Assembly: GCA_000002445.1 (NCBI GenBank)
Contig: CP000070.1
Coordinates: forward strand, 1,344,001-1,408,000
Source of the DNA: Trypanosoma brucei
Lineage: Eukaryota
Length of the DNA stretch: 64,000 bases
Reading direction: 5' to 3'
Position 1 is the first letter of the stretch; every line of letters begins with the position of its first letter. Positions 62,631-64,000 of the stretch are shown in pieces. The position numbers and the translations under genes were made by a program. The notes under the pieces are model-generated. The model did not search any database. It had not been told where the DNA came from and worked only from the letters and a program-made list of their open reading frames with translations.

Positions 62631-63990
62631 ATGAATGTCGATGGTACTGTCCAACAAGCCCGTGTGGGTGTTGTTGTACACCGAGCGGAGTCTCTTGTTG
62701 GACTGAGCGCGAGTGGGACGTCGAATCCCTTTGTTTCCGTTTCGGTTGGCGCGACAGTCCTCAGTACTCCTGTTGTGCAGAATAGCACAAACCCCACATT
62801 CGAGGCTGCTTTTAACTTCCCCGAATGCCCTATTCCAACTATTCTGACACTTCGTGTATTTCACAAGGAGGCCGGTGGGGTAGAGAGTCCACTCGGCAGT
62901 GCAACGCTTACGCTGTTTTCGCCGTCCGCGATGACTCGCCGACAAGTACAACTGGGACATGGTGGTAGCGTTGTTTTGTCTCAGAAGGCCCGTGACGGAT
63001 GCGGATCGCTAGACATTTCTTATGAGGTAGTGGCGCCAACGTCCTATAAAGCAACTGCATCGGAACAACGAAAATCTGTTGACGACGATCTACCTTCGTT
63101 TTTGAGGGATGACGCGGGGGCGGAAACCCTAACTTCAGCATTTACGGCATTCTCCCAACCTCCACCACCACCAGCTGCTGCAATACCGAAACCACCAGAA
63201 TTTGGAGCTGTTCCTCCACCACCACCAGCTGCTGCAATACCGAAACCACCAGAATTTGGAGCTGTTCCACCACCACCACCAGCTGCTTCAATACCGAAAC
63301 CACCAGAATTTGGAGCTGTTCCACCACCACCACCAGCTGCTTCAATACCGAAACCACCAGAATTTGGAGCTGTTCCACCACCACCACCAGCTGCTGCAAT
63401 ACCGAAGCCACCAGAATTTGGAGCTGTACCACCACCACCACCAGTTGCTGCAATACCGAAGCCACCAGAATTTGGAGCTGTTCCACCACCACCACCAGCT
63501 GCTTCAATACCGAAACCACCAGAATTTGGAGCTGTTCCACCACCACCACCAGCTGCTGCAATACCGAAGCCACCAGAATTTGGAGCTGTTCCACCACCAC
63601 CACCACCAACTGCTGCAATACCGAAGCCACCAGAATTTGGAACTGTTGCCCCACCCGTCCCCGTCGTGGTACCCTCCACCTCTGGACAATCATTTATTGC
63701 GAGTGCGGCTTTTGCAAATGAGGACTCTTCTGAGACGTCACCACCACCTTCGTCTTCAACTATGCCGGACACTGGGGGCACCTCTCACTCATCTCACCGC
63801 GGTTATTCATCTGCATCGTCCCCCAACAGCACCAATCATACGCAGCTGCAGAGGCAGCAAATGGCATCGGCATCGTCAACGGGAGCGACATCGACATCTC
63901 TTCATACTTCATCGAATCATTCAAGCACCGCACCCCCGCCACCACTTCAGGCACAAAAGGAACCGCCACTTCATGGAGTAGATAAGACTT
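62631..63990 (+). CDS. C2-domain protein with an array of ~9 tandem 18-aa polyproline repeats (FH1-like), 3'-partial: continues beyond the window
   Basis: ATG at 62631. This ORF is not in the supplied track because it lacks a stop within the window. The N-terminus translates to a C2 domain: MNVDGTVQQARVGVVVHRAESLVGLSASGTSNPFVSVSVGATVLSTPVVQNSTNPTFEAAFNFPEC.... From ~63159 the frame encodes (PPPPPAAAIPKPPEFGAV)n, then a Ser/Thr-rich region, and stays open to nt 63990. Confidence 0.6.
63159..63647 (+). repeat. Near-perfect 54-nt tandem repeat (~9 copies) encoding the PPPPPAA(A/S)IPKPPEFGAV motif
   Basis: Direct reading: the unit cctccaccaccaccagctgct(g/t)caataccgaa(a/g)ccaccagaatttggagctgtt repeats with only occasional third-position or Ala/Ser changes. 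It creates spurious ORFs on both strands (63044..63781 -, 63142..63693 -, 63202..63981 +). Confidence 0.9.
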
Positions 63991-64000
63991 CGCGGGCTCC

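Noticed and set aside
63044-63781. 245-aa minus-strand ORF (plus 63142..63693 -, 63202..63981 +, 63504..63689 -) rich in GGGGTAPNSGGFGI or HHHQLLQY repeats
   Set aside because: These are alternative-frame or antisense readings of the 54-nt tandem repeat. The repeat belongs to the + strand C2/polyproline gene, whose frame is contiguous with an upstream bona fide C2 domain.
1-64000. Search for tRNA, rRNA, spliced-leader RNA, CRISPR arrays or transposable elements (ingi/RIME/SIDER-like)
   Set aside because: No T-loop consensus (GGTTCGAATCC-like) in a tRNA-sized context was seen, no rRNA-like segments, and no arrays of short direct repeats with spacers. This is a eukaryote. No terminal repeats or RT/endonuclease ORFs were seen.

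Overview
This is a eukaryotic window, very probably from a kinetoplastid chromosome. The style (GC-moderate coding regions, (TA)n/(TG)n microsatellites, no introns) is closest to an African trypanosome such as Trypanosoma brucei, but the species cannot be proven from sequence alone. All 22 credible protein-coding genes lie on the + strand, with no strand-switch region. They are separated by pyrimidine-rich intergenic tracts of the kind used for trans-splicing and polyadenylation, which fits the interior of one polycistronic transcription unit. I recognise with confidence: dimeric all-alpha dUTPase, a tandem pair of identical 60S ribosomal protein L23a genes, lanosterol synthase (oxidosqualene cyclase), a SpoU/TrmH-type RNA 2'-O-methyltransferase, a STE11-like protein kinase carrying an FHA domain and an N-terminal polytopic membrane region, and a 5'-truncated condensin kleisin (CAP-H/Barren/Cnd2). 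Less certain but interesting calls are: a two-domain phosphatase fusing a PHOSPHO2-type HAD domain to a DUF89 (ARMT1-like) domain; a small N-myristoylation-motif twin-Cx9C (CHCH) protein resembling NDUFB7/Mic19; a small protein resembling Ctf8 of the Ctf18-RFC complex; a 2068-aa protein with four periodically spaced CCHC zinc knuckles plus a RanBP2-type zinc finger; a degenerate flavin-monooxygenase-like protein; and a 3'-truncated C2-domain protein containing about nine perfect 18-aa polyproline repeats. I found no tRNA, rRNA, CRISPR, or clear transposon. Minus-strand ORFs all overlap + strand genes or repeats and are judged spurious. No prokaryotic-style defence or biosynthetic 'system' is present. 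The novelty candidates here are unusual domain architectures, not operons.
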